64,000 nucleotides of DNA from an uncultured Bifidobacteriaceae bacterium. Lineage in GTDB: Bacteria > Acidobacteriota > Vicinamibacteria > Vicinamibacterales > UBA2999. The DNA is taken from contig CAZUGF010000001.1 of assembly GCA_964619705.1 (NCBI GenBank), positions 225,327 to 289,326 on the forward strand, written 5' to 3'. Shown piece by piece: positions 1 to 9,660 of this stretch; position 1 is the first letter of the stretch, and each line of letters begins with the position of its first letter. The notes below the pieces were generated by a model. The model was not told the DNA's origin and did no database searches. It saw nothing but the letters and a program-made list of their open reading frames with translations. The translations under genes were made by a program, and so were the position numbers.

Positions 1-231
1 GGCGGCGTCCAGTACATGGACACGGTCTTCCGCAACGCGACGAACACGTCGGAGGTCCCGAGCTACTGGCTGCTGAACGCCGTGGCCGCCTACGAGGTGA
101 ACACGCACCTGACGCTGCGCCTGAACGGCAGCAACCTCGCGGACAAGGAGTACGTGGACCGCGTCGGCGGCGGCCACTACATCCCGGGCCCCGGACGGCA
201 GGTGATGGTCACGGCGACGGTGAGGCGGTAG
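1..231 (+). CDS. TonB-dependent outer-membrane receptor, C-terminal end only (gene starts upstream of the window)
   Basis: Frame 1 is open from base 1 to the TAG at 229-231. The tail YWLLNAVAAYEVNTHLTLRLNGSNLADKEYVDR reads like the last barrel strands of siderophore-type TonB-dependent receptors. Confidence 0.7.
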   Translation, partial: GGVQYMDTVFRNATNTSEVPSYWLLNAVAAYEVNTHLTLRLNGSNLADKEYVDRVGGGHYIPGPGRQVMVTATVRR

Positions 232-318
232 GGCCGTGCCCATGCGCGACACCGCGCGTGGGCCACGCAATGAGGTGCGGTGAGTGGAACGAAGAAGAAA
301 GGTCGGGATAGGAACGTG

Positions 319-2595
319 ATGAGGATGCTTCTGGCAGTGGCTCTGGCGATGGGGACGCCGCAACTCTCGCTCGCGCAGGCGCCTGCGGCCGCCACGCTTG
401 CGGGTGTGGTGCGTGATGGGACCGGAGCAGCGGTGCCCGGCGCCACGGTGATCGTGCGCGCCTCCGCGGCGGAGCGGTTTTCGGCATCGGGCCGCGACGG
501 CCGCTTCGTCGTGCGGGGCCTGGAGTCCGGCACCTACAGCGTGTCGGTTGTCGCCGCGGGATTTGCCGTCGCGGACGTGGAGGTCGCGGTGCCGATGACG
601 GCGCCGCTCGATCTCACGCTGACCCCGGCGCCCGTGATCGAGGAAGTCCGTGTGGTGTCGGCCTCGCGCCAGGACGAACTGCGCGAGACCCTGAACACGC
701 GCGTGGATGTCGTCACGCGTGCCCGCATCCAGGATACCGGCGCCCAGACCGTGGCGGAGGTCCTTCGCGAGCTGCCGGGCGTCGTGACCCGGCGCGGCTC
801 GGAGACCGCCGGTGCGGCCGGGCAGCAGGTCCAGGGGATCGACTCGCGCCAGGTGCTCGTCCTCCTCGATGGGCAGCCGCTCAGCGGCGCCCGCGGCATC
901 AAGCGGGGCATCGTCAACCTGGACCGGCAGTCCGCCGCACGCCTCGATCGCATCGAGGTCGTCAAGGGCGCGTCCTCCGCGCTCTACGGCTCGGACGCCA
1001 TCGGCGGTGTGATCAATCTCATCACGCGCGACGTCTCCGCCCCGCTGGAAGTGAGCGGCGAGCTGTCCGGTGGAAGCTTCGGCGAGATCAACGCGGTGGC
1101 CGAGGGCGGCTTCCGGCACGGCCCGTGGTCGGGCCTGTTCACCATCGAGCACCACGAGCAGGACGGATTCGACCTGACGCCCACGACCTTCGATACCACC
1201 GGCGCGCCGTTCGAGCGCGTGGACTTCCTGGGCCGTGTGCGCGCGCAGGTCGCCCCGTCGGCGTCCGTGTCGATTCTGGCGGCGGGCTACGACAACACCA
1301 CCCGCGGGCGCTCCAACGGGGAGTCCGGCCCGCAGGAGGACGAGATCGACGACCGGACGCTCAACGTCAACGCGGTGTTCGACTGGCTGCCGCGGGCGAC
1401 GACCAGCGTGCAGTCGCGCGTCTACATCTCGCGGTACGACGAGGACTCGACGGCCCGCCTGGCGCCGCCGGCCTCGACGCCGCTCGACCCCGGCGCGCTC
1501 GACGAACGCGTCCTCAAGGTCGACGCCAGCGTGTCGCAGGTCATCGGCCTGCGCCAGCAGATCCAGGGCGGCGCCGAGTACTGGCGCGACGAGTACGCGG
1601 GGATCAACCGCCTGCGCAACGACGCGGGCGAGGATGCGTCCATGGCGACGGGCTGGATGCAGTACCGCCTGACGCTGGCTGATCGCGTGACCACGACGGT
1701 TGGCGCGCGGGTGGACAGCCACTCTCAGTTCGGCACGGCCGTCTCGCCGAAGGTCGCCGTCAACGCCCGGCTCGGGTCCGGCGTCAACGCGCGCGCGTCG
1801 TATGGCCGCGGCTTCCGGGCGCCGGACATCGGTCAGCTCTACTACCGGTTCCTCAACCCGACGAACTTCTATCAGGTCATCGGGAACCCGAACCTCGAGC
1901 CCGAGTACGCCAACTCGCTGCAGGTGGGCGGCGAGTACGCGACACCCGGCCGGCGCGCCCGCTTCGGGGTCAACGTGTTTCGGAACAACGTGCACGATCT
2001 CATCGAGTCCGTGAGCCTCGGGATGGTGGTGACGCAGCCGCAGCTGGACGCGCTCCTGGCGCGGGAAGGCCTCGACCCGTCGTTCCGGCCCGCACTCGGA
2101 CGCCTGCTCTTCACCTACAAGAACATCAACGACGCCGTGACCGAGGGCGTCGAAGTGGATGGCGATGTCGCCATCACGAGCGCGCTGTCCCTCGGCGGCG
2201 CCTACACCTATCTGGACGCACGCGATGATGCGACGGGCCTCGAACTCACCGGCCGCCACACGCACCAGGGCAACGTGCGCCTGACGTGGCAGCTCGACCG
2301 TACCGGCACGCGCGCGACCTTCCGCGGCATGTTCTACGGCGACTGGGTGGCCGCGCGCGCGACGACGGCCACCGGCGCGCAGGACACGATCGCGCCCGGC
2401 TTCGCGCTGTGGGACGTATTCATTTCACAGCGGATCGTGCACGGCCTCGCGGCGTTTGCGGCCTTGGACAACCTCTTCGACAACCAGGACCCGAACACCG
2501 GCCAGTTGACCCCGACGGGTACGCCGGCCGCCATCTACCGTCCCGAAGCCGGCAGAACCGCCCGATTCGGCGTTCGCTGGGTCTGGACCCGATAG
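319..2595 (+). CDS. TonB-dependent receptor with carboxypeptidase-regulatory-like N-domain
   Basis: The ORF runs 280-2595 with a GTG at 280. The ATG at 319 gives a signal peptide (MRMLLAVALAMGTPQLSLAQA), so 319 is preferred. It has a CarboxypepD_reg-like segment (LAGVVRDGTGAAVPGATVIV...GRFVVRGLESGTYSV), a plug motif (RIEVVKGASSALYGSDAIGGVINLITR) and a long barrel. Confidence 0.85.
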   Translation: MRMLLAVALAMGTPQLSLAQAPAAATLAGVVRDGTGAAVPGATVIVRASAAERFSASGRDGRFVVRGLESGTYSVSVVAAGFAVADVEVAVPMTAPLDLTLTPAPVIEEVRVVSASRQDELRETLNTRVDVVTRARIQDTGAQTVAEVLRELPGVVTRRGSETAGAAGQQVQGIDSRQVLVLLDGQPLSGARGIKRGIVNLDRQSAARLDRIEVVKGASSALYGSDAIGGVINLITRDVSAPLEVSGELSGGSFGEINAVAEGGFRHGPWSGLFTIEHHEQDGFDLTPTTFDTTGAPFERVDFLGRVRAQVAPSASVSILAAGYDNTTRGRSNGESGPQEDEIDDRTLNVNAVFDWLPRATTSVQSRVYISRYDEDSTARLAPPASTPLDPGALDERVLKVDASVSQVIGLRQQIQGGAEYWRDEYAGINRLRNDAGEDASMATGWMQYRLTLADRVTTTVGARVDSHSQFGTAVSPKVAVNARLGSGVNARASYGRGFRAPDIGQLYYRFLNPTNFYQVIGNPNLEPEYANSLQVGGEYATPGRRARFGVNVFRNNVHDLIESVSLGMVVTQPQLDALLAREGLDPSFRPALGRLLFTYKNINDAVTEGVEVDGDVAITSALSLGGAYTYLDARDDATGLELTGRHTHQGNVRLTWQLDRTGTRATFRGMFYGDWVAARATTATGAQDTIAPGFALWDVFISQRIVHGLAAFAALDNLFDNQDPNTGQLTPTGTPAAIYRPEAGRTARFGVRWVWTR

Positions 2596-2596
2596 A

Positions 2597-3544
2597 ATGA
2601 GGATGACCACCATGACAGTTGGCCGGTGTATCTCCGTTCTCGTGCTCGCGTTGTCCGTATCCCTGCCCCTCGGGGCGCAGGTACCGGCGAAGACCGGCGT
2701 GCTCCTGCTGGCGCACGGCGGGGCATCGGAGTGGAACGCGCGCGTCACGGCTCTGGCCGACTCCGTGAACGCGGAGCGGCCCGTGGAGGTCGCGTTCGGG
2801 ATGGCATCCCGGCCGTCGATCCAGGCCGCGGTCGACCGCCTGGCCGCCCGCGGCGTGACCGAGATCGTCGCCGTTCCGCTCTTCGTATCCTCCTGGAGCT
2901 CGGTCATCACTTCGACGGAGTACCTGCTCGGCCTGCGCGAGGAGGCACCCGCCGACCTGAAGCTGTTCGCCAGGATGGACCATGCCATGCCCGGCGGGCC
3001 GGCTCCGGCCGCCGGCGGCGCGGATCACGCGCACCATGAAGCCCCGGCCGCGGACCCGACCTCGCCCGTCGTCTCGCCCGTCCCCGTGCGGATGACCGCC
3101 GCGCTCAACCGGCATCAGCTGGTGGGGCAGATCCTTGCCGATCGCGCGCGGTCGATCAGCACGTCCCCCGCAACCGAGTCCGTGATTCTCGTCGCCCACG
3201 GCCCGGTGCCGGAGGAAGACAACCGGCGGTGGCTTGGGGACATGGCCGTCCTGGCCGAGCAGGTGAAGGCCTCCGCCCCCTACGGCGCGGTCCACTTCCT
3301 GACGGTCCGGGACGATGCCGGACCCGCGCTGCGGGAGCAGGCGACGAAGGAACTGCGCGGACTCGTCGAATCGGAACTGGCGGCAGGCCGGCGCGTGCTG
3401 ATCGTGCCGCACCTCCTGTCCTTCGGCGGCATCGAGAAGGGCGTCCGCACGCGTCTCGAGGGCCTCGACTACACCATGACCACCCAGGCCCTGATGCCGG
3501 ACGATCGGCTCGCCGAGTGGGTCCGGCAGCAGGCAGCGCCCTGA
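2597..3544 (+). CDS. Exported double-domain CbiX-like (class II chelatase fold) protein
   Basis: It starts 1 nt after the receptor stop and has a signal peptide (CISVLVLALSVSLPLGAQ). Two CbiX-type halves each carry the HG motif (GVLLLAHGG; SVILVAHGP ... VPHLLSFGG). They are separated by a His/Pro/Ala-rich insert (DHAMPGG...ADHAHHEAP). Confidence 0.7.
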   Translation: MRMTTMTVGRCISVLVLALSVSLPLGAQVPAKTGVLLLAHGGASEWNARVTALADSVNAERPVEVAFGMASRPSIQAAVDRLAARGVTEIVAVPLFVSSWSSVITSTEYLLGLREEAPADLKLFARMDHAMPGGPAPAAGGADHAHHEAPAADPTSPVVSPVPVRMTAALNRHQLVGQILADRARSISTSPATESVILVAHGPVPEEDNRRWLGDMAVLAEQVKASAPYGAVHFLTVRDDAGPALREQATKELRGLVESELAAGRRVLIVPHLLSFGGIEKGVRTRLEGLDYTMTTQALMPDDRLAEWVRQQAAP

Positions 3545-3596
3545 CCATGACCTGCGTTCACCTCATCCTGCGCGCTCATACCGAAAGGGAAGATAC

Positions 3597-4208
3597 ATGT
3601 CACGGCTGACAGGCCCTCGTCTGAAGATCATGCGTTCGCTCGGCACGACCCTGCCGGGGCTGTCGCGGAAGAGCATCGAGAAGCGCCCGTACGGGCCCGG
3701 TCAGCACGGCCCGACCCGCCGCCGCCGCCAGCCGTCACCCTATGCGCTGCGGCTCAAGGAGAAGCAGAAGGTCCGCTTCAACTACGGGTTGACGGAAGGC
3801 GCCCTGCGCCGGATCGTCGCGGCGGCGACGACCATGCGCGGGAACACCGGCGTGAACCTGATTCAGCTGCTCGAGCGCCGGCTGGACAATGCCGTGTTCC
3901 GCGCGGGCTTCGCCCGGACCATCCCCGCCGCGCGGCAACTGGTGTCGCACGGGCACGTCACCGTCAACGGCCGTGTCGTGGACATCCCGTCCCGGCGCCT
4001 CACCATCAACGATGTCGTCGGCGTGCGTCCGTCGAGCCACGCGCTCGTCGAGCAGGCCTTCGAATCGGGCTCCGGCCTCGAGTCGTCGTGGCTGGACGTG
4101 GACCGCGCGGCCAAGACCGTCCGCATGGTGTCCTATCCCGACGAGACGTTCCTGCCGTTCGAGCTCGAAACACGGCTGATCATCGAGCACTACTCGCGCG
4201 TGTTGTAG
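3597..4208 (+). CDS. rpsD: 30S ribosomal protein S4
   Basis: 203 aa with the N-terminus MSRLTGPRLKIMRSLG...GQHG. The S4 RNA-binding domain is present (LERRLDNAVFRAGFARTIPAARQLVSHGHVTVNGRVVDIPS). Confidence 0.95.
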   Translation: MSRLTGPRLKIMRSLGTTLPGLSRKSIEKRPYGPGQHGPTRRRRQPSPYALRLKEKQKVRFNYGLTEGALRRIVAAATTMRGNTGVNLIQLLERRLDNAVFRAGFARTIPAARQLVSHGHVTVNGRVVDIPSRRLTINDVVGVRPSSHALVEQAFESGSGLESSWLDVDRAAKTVRMVSYPDETFLPFELETRLIIEHYSRVL

Positions 4209-4238
4209 ACCCGCCGCACAATCCGAAGGGACCCGACG

Positions 4239-4466
4239 ATGGCACAGCACCAGACCGCAGCCGGACGGCACCACGACGAGGAAACGCTCGCCGAGAGCGA
4301 GAACGTGGCCGTCTACCAGTGCTCCTGTGGCATGACACACCTGCAGATCGGCGCCGTCTGCCTGACGCTCGAGCCGGGCGAACTGGCCGAGGTCGGGGCG
4401 ACGCTGCTCCGCGCCCTCGACCAGCGGCGCAAACTGGCGCCGGCCCGCATGTCTGTGGTCAACTGA
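4239..4466 (+). CDS. Small hypothetical protein (75 aa)
   Basis: ORF 31 nt after rpsD with GC3-rich codons consistent with coding. Contains a small Cys cluster (YQCSCGMTH...AVC). No family recognised. Confidence 0.4.
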   Translation: MAQHQTAAGRHHDEETLAESENVAVYQCSCGMTHLQIGAVCLTLEPGELAEVGATLLRALDQRRKLAPARMSVVN

Positions 4467-4576
4467 GGGCCTGAACGCCGGGGGGCCGTGGGCCCACCCG
4501 GCGGCAGGATGCCCGCCGCCCCATATCACTGGCACGGGCCCGTCGCTGGACACCGCGAGGCTCAGACGAGGCCGCC

Positions 4577-5743
4577 ATGAACATCGCCCGATCGCTGCGA
4601 GTTGCTCTCTGGCTCGGTGTTTTCCCCGGCCTGGCCCTGGTGGCCGCTCAACGCGCGCCGGATCCGGCCGCCGAGCCGTTCAAGGGCATCACGTCAGCAG
4701 GGGAGGTCGTGACCGGACTGTTCCCGGTCCGCGCCACCGGGGTATCCACCGCCCCCGTCCGCGACGCGGCCGCCGCCTTCCTGGCGGCGCTCACGGCCGA
4801 GCAGCGCGCCAGGACGCTCTACCCGGTGGACGATATCGAGTGGCGGCGGTGGAACAACGTGCACCGCTACGACCGCCAGGGCGTCAGTTTTGCCGAGATG
4901 ACCGACGAGCAGGACGCCCGCGCGGTCGGCCTCCTGCAGGCGGCCCTCAGTGCCCGGGGCCTGCAGAAGTCACGCGACGTGATGCGCCTCAACGAGACGA
5001 TCGCAGAGATCACGAAGCGCGTGGACGAGTACGGCGAAGGGCGCTACCACCTCACCGTGATGGGGGAGCCGTCGGCGACCGAGCCCTGGGGCTGGCAGCT
5101 CGACGGACACCACCTCATCATCAACTACTTCGTGCTCGGGGATCAGGTCGTCATGACGCCGACCTTCATGGGCTCGGAGCCCGTGCGCGCCGACGCGGGC
5201 CGGTACGCCGGCACCGTGGTCCTCCAGGACGAGCAGGACAAGGGCCTGGCGCTGCTCGGCGCGCTGGATGAGGGGCAGCGGGCGAGGGCGATCCTGCAGC
5301 CGGAGAAGACGGGCAACAACGCCGTCGCCCAGGCGTTCCGCGACAACCTGGTGCTGGACTACGCCGGACTGCCGGCTCGCGATCTCACTGAGGCGCAACG
5401 CGCACAGTTGCTCGACCTTGTCGCCGAGTACGTCGGCAACATGACCGAGGGACAGGCTCGTGTCCGGATGGAGGACGTCGGCCGTCATCTCGACGACACG
5501 TTCTTCGCGTGGATCGGCGGCACCGATCCCGCCGGCGTCTTCTACTACCGCGTGCACAGCCCGGTGATCCTCATCGAATTCGATCACCAGCTGCCCGTCG
5601 CGCTCGGCGGGCCCCGCGTGCCCGGCCGGCAGCACATCCACACCGTCGTCCGGACGCCGAACGGCAACGACTACGGCAAGGACTTGCTGCGCCAGCACCA
5701 CCTGACGGAGCGCCACGACATGCCGGCGGCTGCCGCGCGCTGA
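4577..5743 (+). CDS. Secreted DUF3500-like protein
   Basis: Signal peptide [19 protein letters not shown]. The body matches my memory of DUF3500 proteins ([32 protein letters not shown]; [15 protein letters not shown]). Confidence 0.7.
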   Translation: MNIARSLRVALWLGVFPGLALVAAQRAPDPAAEPFKGITSAGEVVTGLFPVRATGVSTAPVRDAAAAFLAALTAEQRARTLYPVDDIEWRRWNNVHRYDRQGVSFAEMTDEQDARAVGLLQAALSARGLQKSRDVMRLNETIAEITKRVDEYGEGRYHLTVMGEPSATEPWGWQLDGHHLIINYFVLGDQVVMTPTFMGSEPVRADAGRYAGTVVLQDEQDKGLALLGALDEGQRARAILQPEKTGNNAVAQAFRDNLVLDYAGLPARDLTEAQRAQLLDLVAEYVGNMTEGQARVRMEDVGRHLDDTFFAWIGGTDPAGVFYYRVHSPVILIEFDHQLPVALGGPRVPGRQHIHTVVRTPNGNDYGKDLLRQHHLTERHDMPAAAAR

Positions 5744-5747
5744 TCGG

Positions 5748-6683
5748 TCAGGCGTCCCCGAACAGCATCACGAGCATCGCCTTCTGCGCGTGCAGGCGGT
5801 TTTCCGCCTGCTCGAAGACGACCGAGGCGCTCGACTCGATGACCTCGTCCGTCACTTCCTCGGAACGGTGCGCGGGGAGGCAGTGCATGAAGGCGGCGTC
5901 CGGCCGCGCGAGCGCCATGAGCGCCTCGTTGACCTGGTAGCGGCTGAACTTGCGCTTCCGCTCCGCGTACTCGACTTCCTGCCCCATCGACGTCCAGACG
6001 TCCGTGTAGACGGCGTCCACGTCCCGGACGGCCGCCTTGGGGTCGGTGAACTCCGTCAGGCCGGCGCCGCCCTGGGAGACCTCCGCCGCCTGGTCCGCGA
6101 CTTCGTCCGGCAGTTCGAAGCCCCTGGGCGTCGCGACGTGGACGGACACGCCGAGCATCATGGCCGCGTGCACGAGCGACGTGCACACGTTGTTGCCGTC
6201 GCCCACGAACGCGATGCGGCGTCCCTCGAACGATCCGTTCCAGCGCTCGGCGAGCGTCTGCATGTCGGCCAGGGCCTGGCACGGGTGCTCTTCGTTGGTG
6301 AGCGCGTTGATGACGCGGAGCGCCGGTGTGGCGAGCGTGATCTCCATCAGCCGGTCCTGGCCGAACGTGCGGATGACGGCGGCATCGACCCAGCGTTCGA
6401 GGTTGCGCGCCACGTCGTCGAGGGGTTCGCGGTCGGCGTGCATCACGTCGGCCGGAATCTCGACGATGTGGCCGCCGAGTTCCCGTACGCCGATGGTGAA
6501 CGTGACGCGCGTGCGGAGGGAGGGCTTCTCGAAGAGCAGGCCGATGTGCCGCCCGGCCAGCGTCTGCGCCGTCGGCGCCTGCGCGCGGCGCTTCCGGTCG
6601 GCCTTGAGGGTCACGGCGAGGTCCACGATCCCGCGCAGCTCGGCCGGCGTCAGGTCCAGGATGGAGAGGAAGTGTCGGTTCAC
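5748..6683 (-). CDS. argF: Ornithine carbamoyltransferase
   Basis: The ORF extends to 7022 but homology starts at the GTG at 6683 (VNRHFLSILDL). Motifs FEKPSLRTRVTF, EEHPCQALAD and FMHCLPAHR are present. It lies 8 nt downstream of the argJ stop. Confidence 0.93.
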   Translation of the reverse strand: MNRHFLSILDLTPAELRGIVDLAVTLKADRKRRAQAPTAQTLAGRHIGLLFEKPSLRTRVTFTIGVRELGGHIVEIPADVMHADREPLDDVARNLERWVDAAVIRTFGQDRLMEITLATPALRVINALTNEEHPCQALADMQTLAERWNGSFEGRRIAFVGDGNNVCTSLVHAAMMLGVSVHVATPRGFELPDEVADQAAEVSQGGAGLTEFTDPKAAVRDVDAVYTDVWTSMGQEVEYAERKRKFSRYQVNEALMALARPDAAFMHCLPAHRSEEVTDEVIESSASVVFEQAENRLHAQKAMLVMLFGDA

Positions 6684-6691
6684 GGGCGTCC

Positions 6692-7900
6692 CTAGGTGCG
6701 ATAGTCCGCGTTGATCCTGACGTACTCGGCTGAGAGGTCGCAGGTCCAGACGGTGGCCTGATGGCGGCCGTCCGTGCCGAGCCCGATCTGGATCTCCAGG
6801 TCGGCCCCCTGCAGGTAGTCCGCCGCCTGCGGTGCGCGGTCGTCGAAGGGGCGGCCGCCCTCGAACAGCACCACGGACCCGATCCGGACGTGCGCGCGAT
6901 CGAGGACGAAGAGCGCGCCCGATCGTCCCGCCGCCGCGACGAGCCGGCCCCAGTTCGGGTCGCCGCCATGGATGGCGGTCTTGACGAGCGGTGAGTTCGC
7001 GATGGCCCGCGCGGCCGTCCACGCGTCCGTCTCTGATGCCGCGCCCGTCACCGTGATGGCGATCAGCTTCGTCGCGCCCTCGCCGCCTCGCACGACAGCC
7101 AGCGCGAGCTCGCGCGCGACGGTCCGGAAGCCGGCAACCAGTGCCGGATACAGCGCCTCATCGATGACGATGCCGCTGGCGCCGTTGGCGAGCGCGAAGA
7201 CCGTGTCGTTGGTCGAAGGCTCGCCGTCGACGGTGATGGCGTTGAACGTGTCACGGCACGCGTCGGTCAGCGCCCGGGCCAGCAGCGCCGCGTCGACGGC
7301 GGCATCGGTGGTCAGGTACCCGAGCATGGTGGCCAGGCGCGGCTCGATCATGCCGGACCCCTTGGCCATGCCTCCCACACGAAACGTGCCGGCGTCGGTC
7401 GAGATGGCCGCCGCGGCTTCCTTGGGGAACGGGTCGGTCGTCATGATCGCCCGCGCCGCGTCGGCGCCGCCGGCATCCGAGAGCGCGGCCACGGCCCGGG
7501 GCAGCCCGGCGCGGATCGCCTCCATTCTGAGGTTGACGCCGATGACGCCCGTTGACGCAACGAGCGCCTGATCGGCCGGGCATCCCGCGGCTGCCGCCGC
7601 GAGCGACGCCATCTCGATGGCGTCCGCCAGGCCCTGCGGCCCGGTGCACGCGTTGGCGCAGCCGCTCGTCGTGATGATCACCCGCGCCTGTCCGCCGCTC
7701 CGGCGCAACTGCTCCTCGCACACGAGGACCGGCGCCGCCCGGGCGAGGTTGATGGTGAACACGCCTGCCGCACTGGCGGGCGTGTCGGACACGATCAGGG
7801 CGAGATCCGGCGCGCCGGACGCCTTGATGCCGCAGTGCACGCCGCTGGCCCGAAACCCGCGCGGCGCCGTGATGCCGCCGCCGATCGGCTCACTGCGCAT
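6692..7900 (-). CDS. argJ: Bifunctional glutamate N-acetyltransferase / amino-acid acetyltransferase
   Basis: 402 aa with the N-terminus GGITAPRGFRASGVHCGIK and an ArgJ self-processing site (RLATMLGYLTTDA). Confidence 0.93.
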   Translation of the reverse strand: MRSEPIGGGITAPRGFRASGVHCGIKASGAPDLALIVSDTPASAAGVFTINLARAAPVLVCEEQLRRSGGQARVIITTSGCANACTGPQGLADAIEMASLAAAAAGCPADQALVASTGVIGVNLRMEAIRAGLPRAVAALSDAGGADAARAIMTTDPFPKEAAAAISTDAGTFRVGGMAKGSGMIEPRLATMLGYLTTDAAVDAALLARALTDACRDTFNAITVDGEPSTNDTVFALANGASGIVIDEALYPALVAGFRTVARELALAVVRGGEGATKLIAITVTGAASETDAWTAARAIANSPLVKTAIHGGDPNWGRLVAAAGRSGALFVLDRAHVRIGSVVLFEGGRPFDDRAPQAADYLQGADLEIQIGLGTDGRHQATVWTCDLSAEYVRINADYRT

Positions 7901-8432
7901 GCGTCAGCACGGCTCCCGCCTGCGCGGCCTCGGCCCGGCGGCCGGCAGCCTCTGCGAGCGGGAGGATCAGGGCCTGCTGGCCGCACGACCGGAAGAGCAG
8001 GCAGGCCGCACAGTCGTGCGCGATCTTCTCCGGCACCCACGTGTGCGGCACGATGGAGAAGCCAAGACGCACGAAGAACGCCGGGTCGTGGGCGAAGGCC
8101 GAGAGCTTGTCGTAGCCGTTGCGACGCGCGCGGCGGGCGAGGTCGTCCACCATGCGCTGGCCGAGTCCCAGCCCGCGGGCCGTCGCGTCGACGACGAGCG
8201 AGCGGACTTCCGCCACCCGGGCGGACAGGGGCGCGAGCTCGGCACAGCCGACCAGGCGCGCTCCGCGGATCGCCACGACGAAGCGCGTCGCGTGTGTCGT
8301 GAGCTCGCCGATGGTCCGCGGCAGGAGGCGGCCCTCTTCGAGGTGCGCCGAGATGAGCGCGTGCAGGGCCGGCGCATCCGCAGCCGTCGCGACCCTGAAG
8401 GTCACCGTGTGGTTGTCGACGACGATCCGCAT
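7890..8432 (-). CDS. GNAT acetyltransferase, short stand-alone N-acetylglutamate-synthase-like
   Basis: Homology starts at the ATG at 8432 (MRIVVDNHTVTFRVATAADAP). It has an acetyl-CoA motif (VVDATARGLGLGQRMV) and a Cys-containing tail (KIAHDCAACLLFRSC). It starts 1 nt after the argD stop and overlaps argJ by 11 nt. Confidence 0.75.
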   Translation of the reverse strand: MRIVVDNHTVTFRVATAADAPALHALISAHLEEGRLLPRTIGELTTHATRFVVAIRGARLVGCAELAPLSARVAEVRSLVVDATARGLGLGQRMVDDLARRARRNGYDKLSAFAHDPAFFVRLGFSIVPHTWVPEKIAHDCAACLLFRSCGQQALILPLAEAAGRRAEAAQAGAVLTHAQ

Positions 8433-8433
8433 G

Positions 8434-9660
8434 TCAGGACTCCACCTCGGACAGGACCCGATCGAGGATGCCGGCCGCTTCGTCGATCTCGGCCGGCGTG
8501 ACGGTGAAGGGCGGCAGCATGCGCACGACGCGCTCGGCCGTGCGGTTGACCAGCAGGCCGGCCTCGAGTGCACGGTCGACGATCGGCTGCGCGTCCACGG
8601 TCAGTTCCAGCCCGCGCATCACACCCACGCCGCGCACGCTCCTGACCAGGGGGTGCTTCTCGCGCAGGGCATCCAGGCGCTGGCCGAAGAGGGGCCCCAC
8701 GGTGCGGACGTGTTCGATGATGCCGCCCCCGGTGTAGGGCACGGCGTTCGCCGTGCCCGTCAGGGCTTCGATTACCGTCAGCGCGGCGCGCATCGCGAGC
8801 AGGTTGCCGCCGTAGGTCGTCCCGTGATCGCCGACGGCGATCTGCGCGGCGACACGTTCGGACACGAGCGCGGCCCCGACCGGCACGCCCGATCCGATGG
8901 CCTTGCCGACGCTCACCAGGTCCGGCGTCCAGCCGAGCGACGGGAAGTGGAATGCCTCGCCCGTCCGGCCCAGCCCGCACTGGATCTCGTCGGCGATGAG
9001 CAGTGTCCCCGTGGAGCTGGTCACGGCTGCGATGGCCGCGGCAAAGGCCGGCGACAGCGGCCGGATGCCGCCCTCGCCCTGGATCGGCTCGGCGATGATC
9101 GCCGCCGTCCTGTCGGTCACGGCTGCTTCCAGGCCGGCGACATCGTCCGGCGCGACGAACGTGACGCCCGGCACCAGCGGGCCGAAGGGCTCGCGGTAGC
9201 GCGGGTTCGAGGTGACCGAGAGCGCACCCATACTCCGCCCGGCGAAGCCGTGCTGCAGCGCGACGAAGCCCGTGCGATCCGTCACGCCCTGCGAGAACCA
9301 GTAGCGGCGCGCGAACTTCAGGCAGGCCTCGACGGCTTCCGCCCCGCTGTTGCAGAAGAACGCGCGCGGCAGGCCGGAGAGGGCCGCCAGCCGTGCCGCC
9401 ACCTGCCCCTGGAGCGGGTGGTAGAACAGGTTCGAGGTCTGGATGAGCGTGGCCGCCTGGTCCGCCACGGCCGCCGCGAGGCCCGGATGCCCGTGGCCGA
9501 GCACCACGACGCCGATGCCGGACAGGAAGTCCAGGTAGCTCCGGCCCTCGACGTCGAACAGGCGGGTACCGTCGCCGCGGGCAAAGACCACGGGCTGCCG
9601 GTTGTAGGTCTGCACGACGTGCCGGGCCTCGAGCGCTCGTACTGCTTCGACTGTCGTCAT
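8434..9660 (-). CDS. argD: Acetylornithine aminotransferase
   Basis: Homology begins at the ATG at 9660 (MTTVEAVRALEARHVVQTYNRQPVVFARGDGTRLFDVEG). This is the class-III aminotransferase fold with a PLP-Lys region (DLVSVGKAIGSG). ATGA overlap with argB. Confidence 0.9.
   Translation of the reverse strand: MTTVEAVRALEARHVVQTYNRQPVVFARGDGTRLFDVEGRSYLDFLSGIGVVVLGHGHPGLAAAVADQAATLIQTSNLFYHPLQGQVAARLAALSGLPRAFFCNSGAEAVEACLKFARRYWFSQGVTDRTGFVALQHGFAGRSMGALSVTSNPRYREPFGPLVPGVTFVAPDDVAGLEAAVTDRTAAIIAEPIQGEGGIRPLSPAFAAAIAAVTSSTGTLLIADEIQCGLGRTGEAFHFPSLGWTPDLVSVGKAIGSGVPVGAALVSERVAAQIAVGDHGTTYGGNLLAMRAALTVIEALTGTANAVPYTGGGIIEHVRTVGPLFGQRLDALREKHPLVRSVRGVGVMRGLELTVDAQPIVDRALEAGLLVNRTAERVVRMLPPFTVTPAEIDEAAGILDRVLSEVES

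Noticed and set aside
6684-7022. N-terminal extension of the argF ORF (track start at 7022)
   Set aside because: The extension overlaps the argJ 3' end, is Arg/Pro/Gly-rich, and precedes the conserved OTCase N-terminus. A GTG at 6683 gives a normal-length protein 8 nt after the argJ stop.
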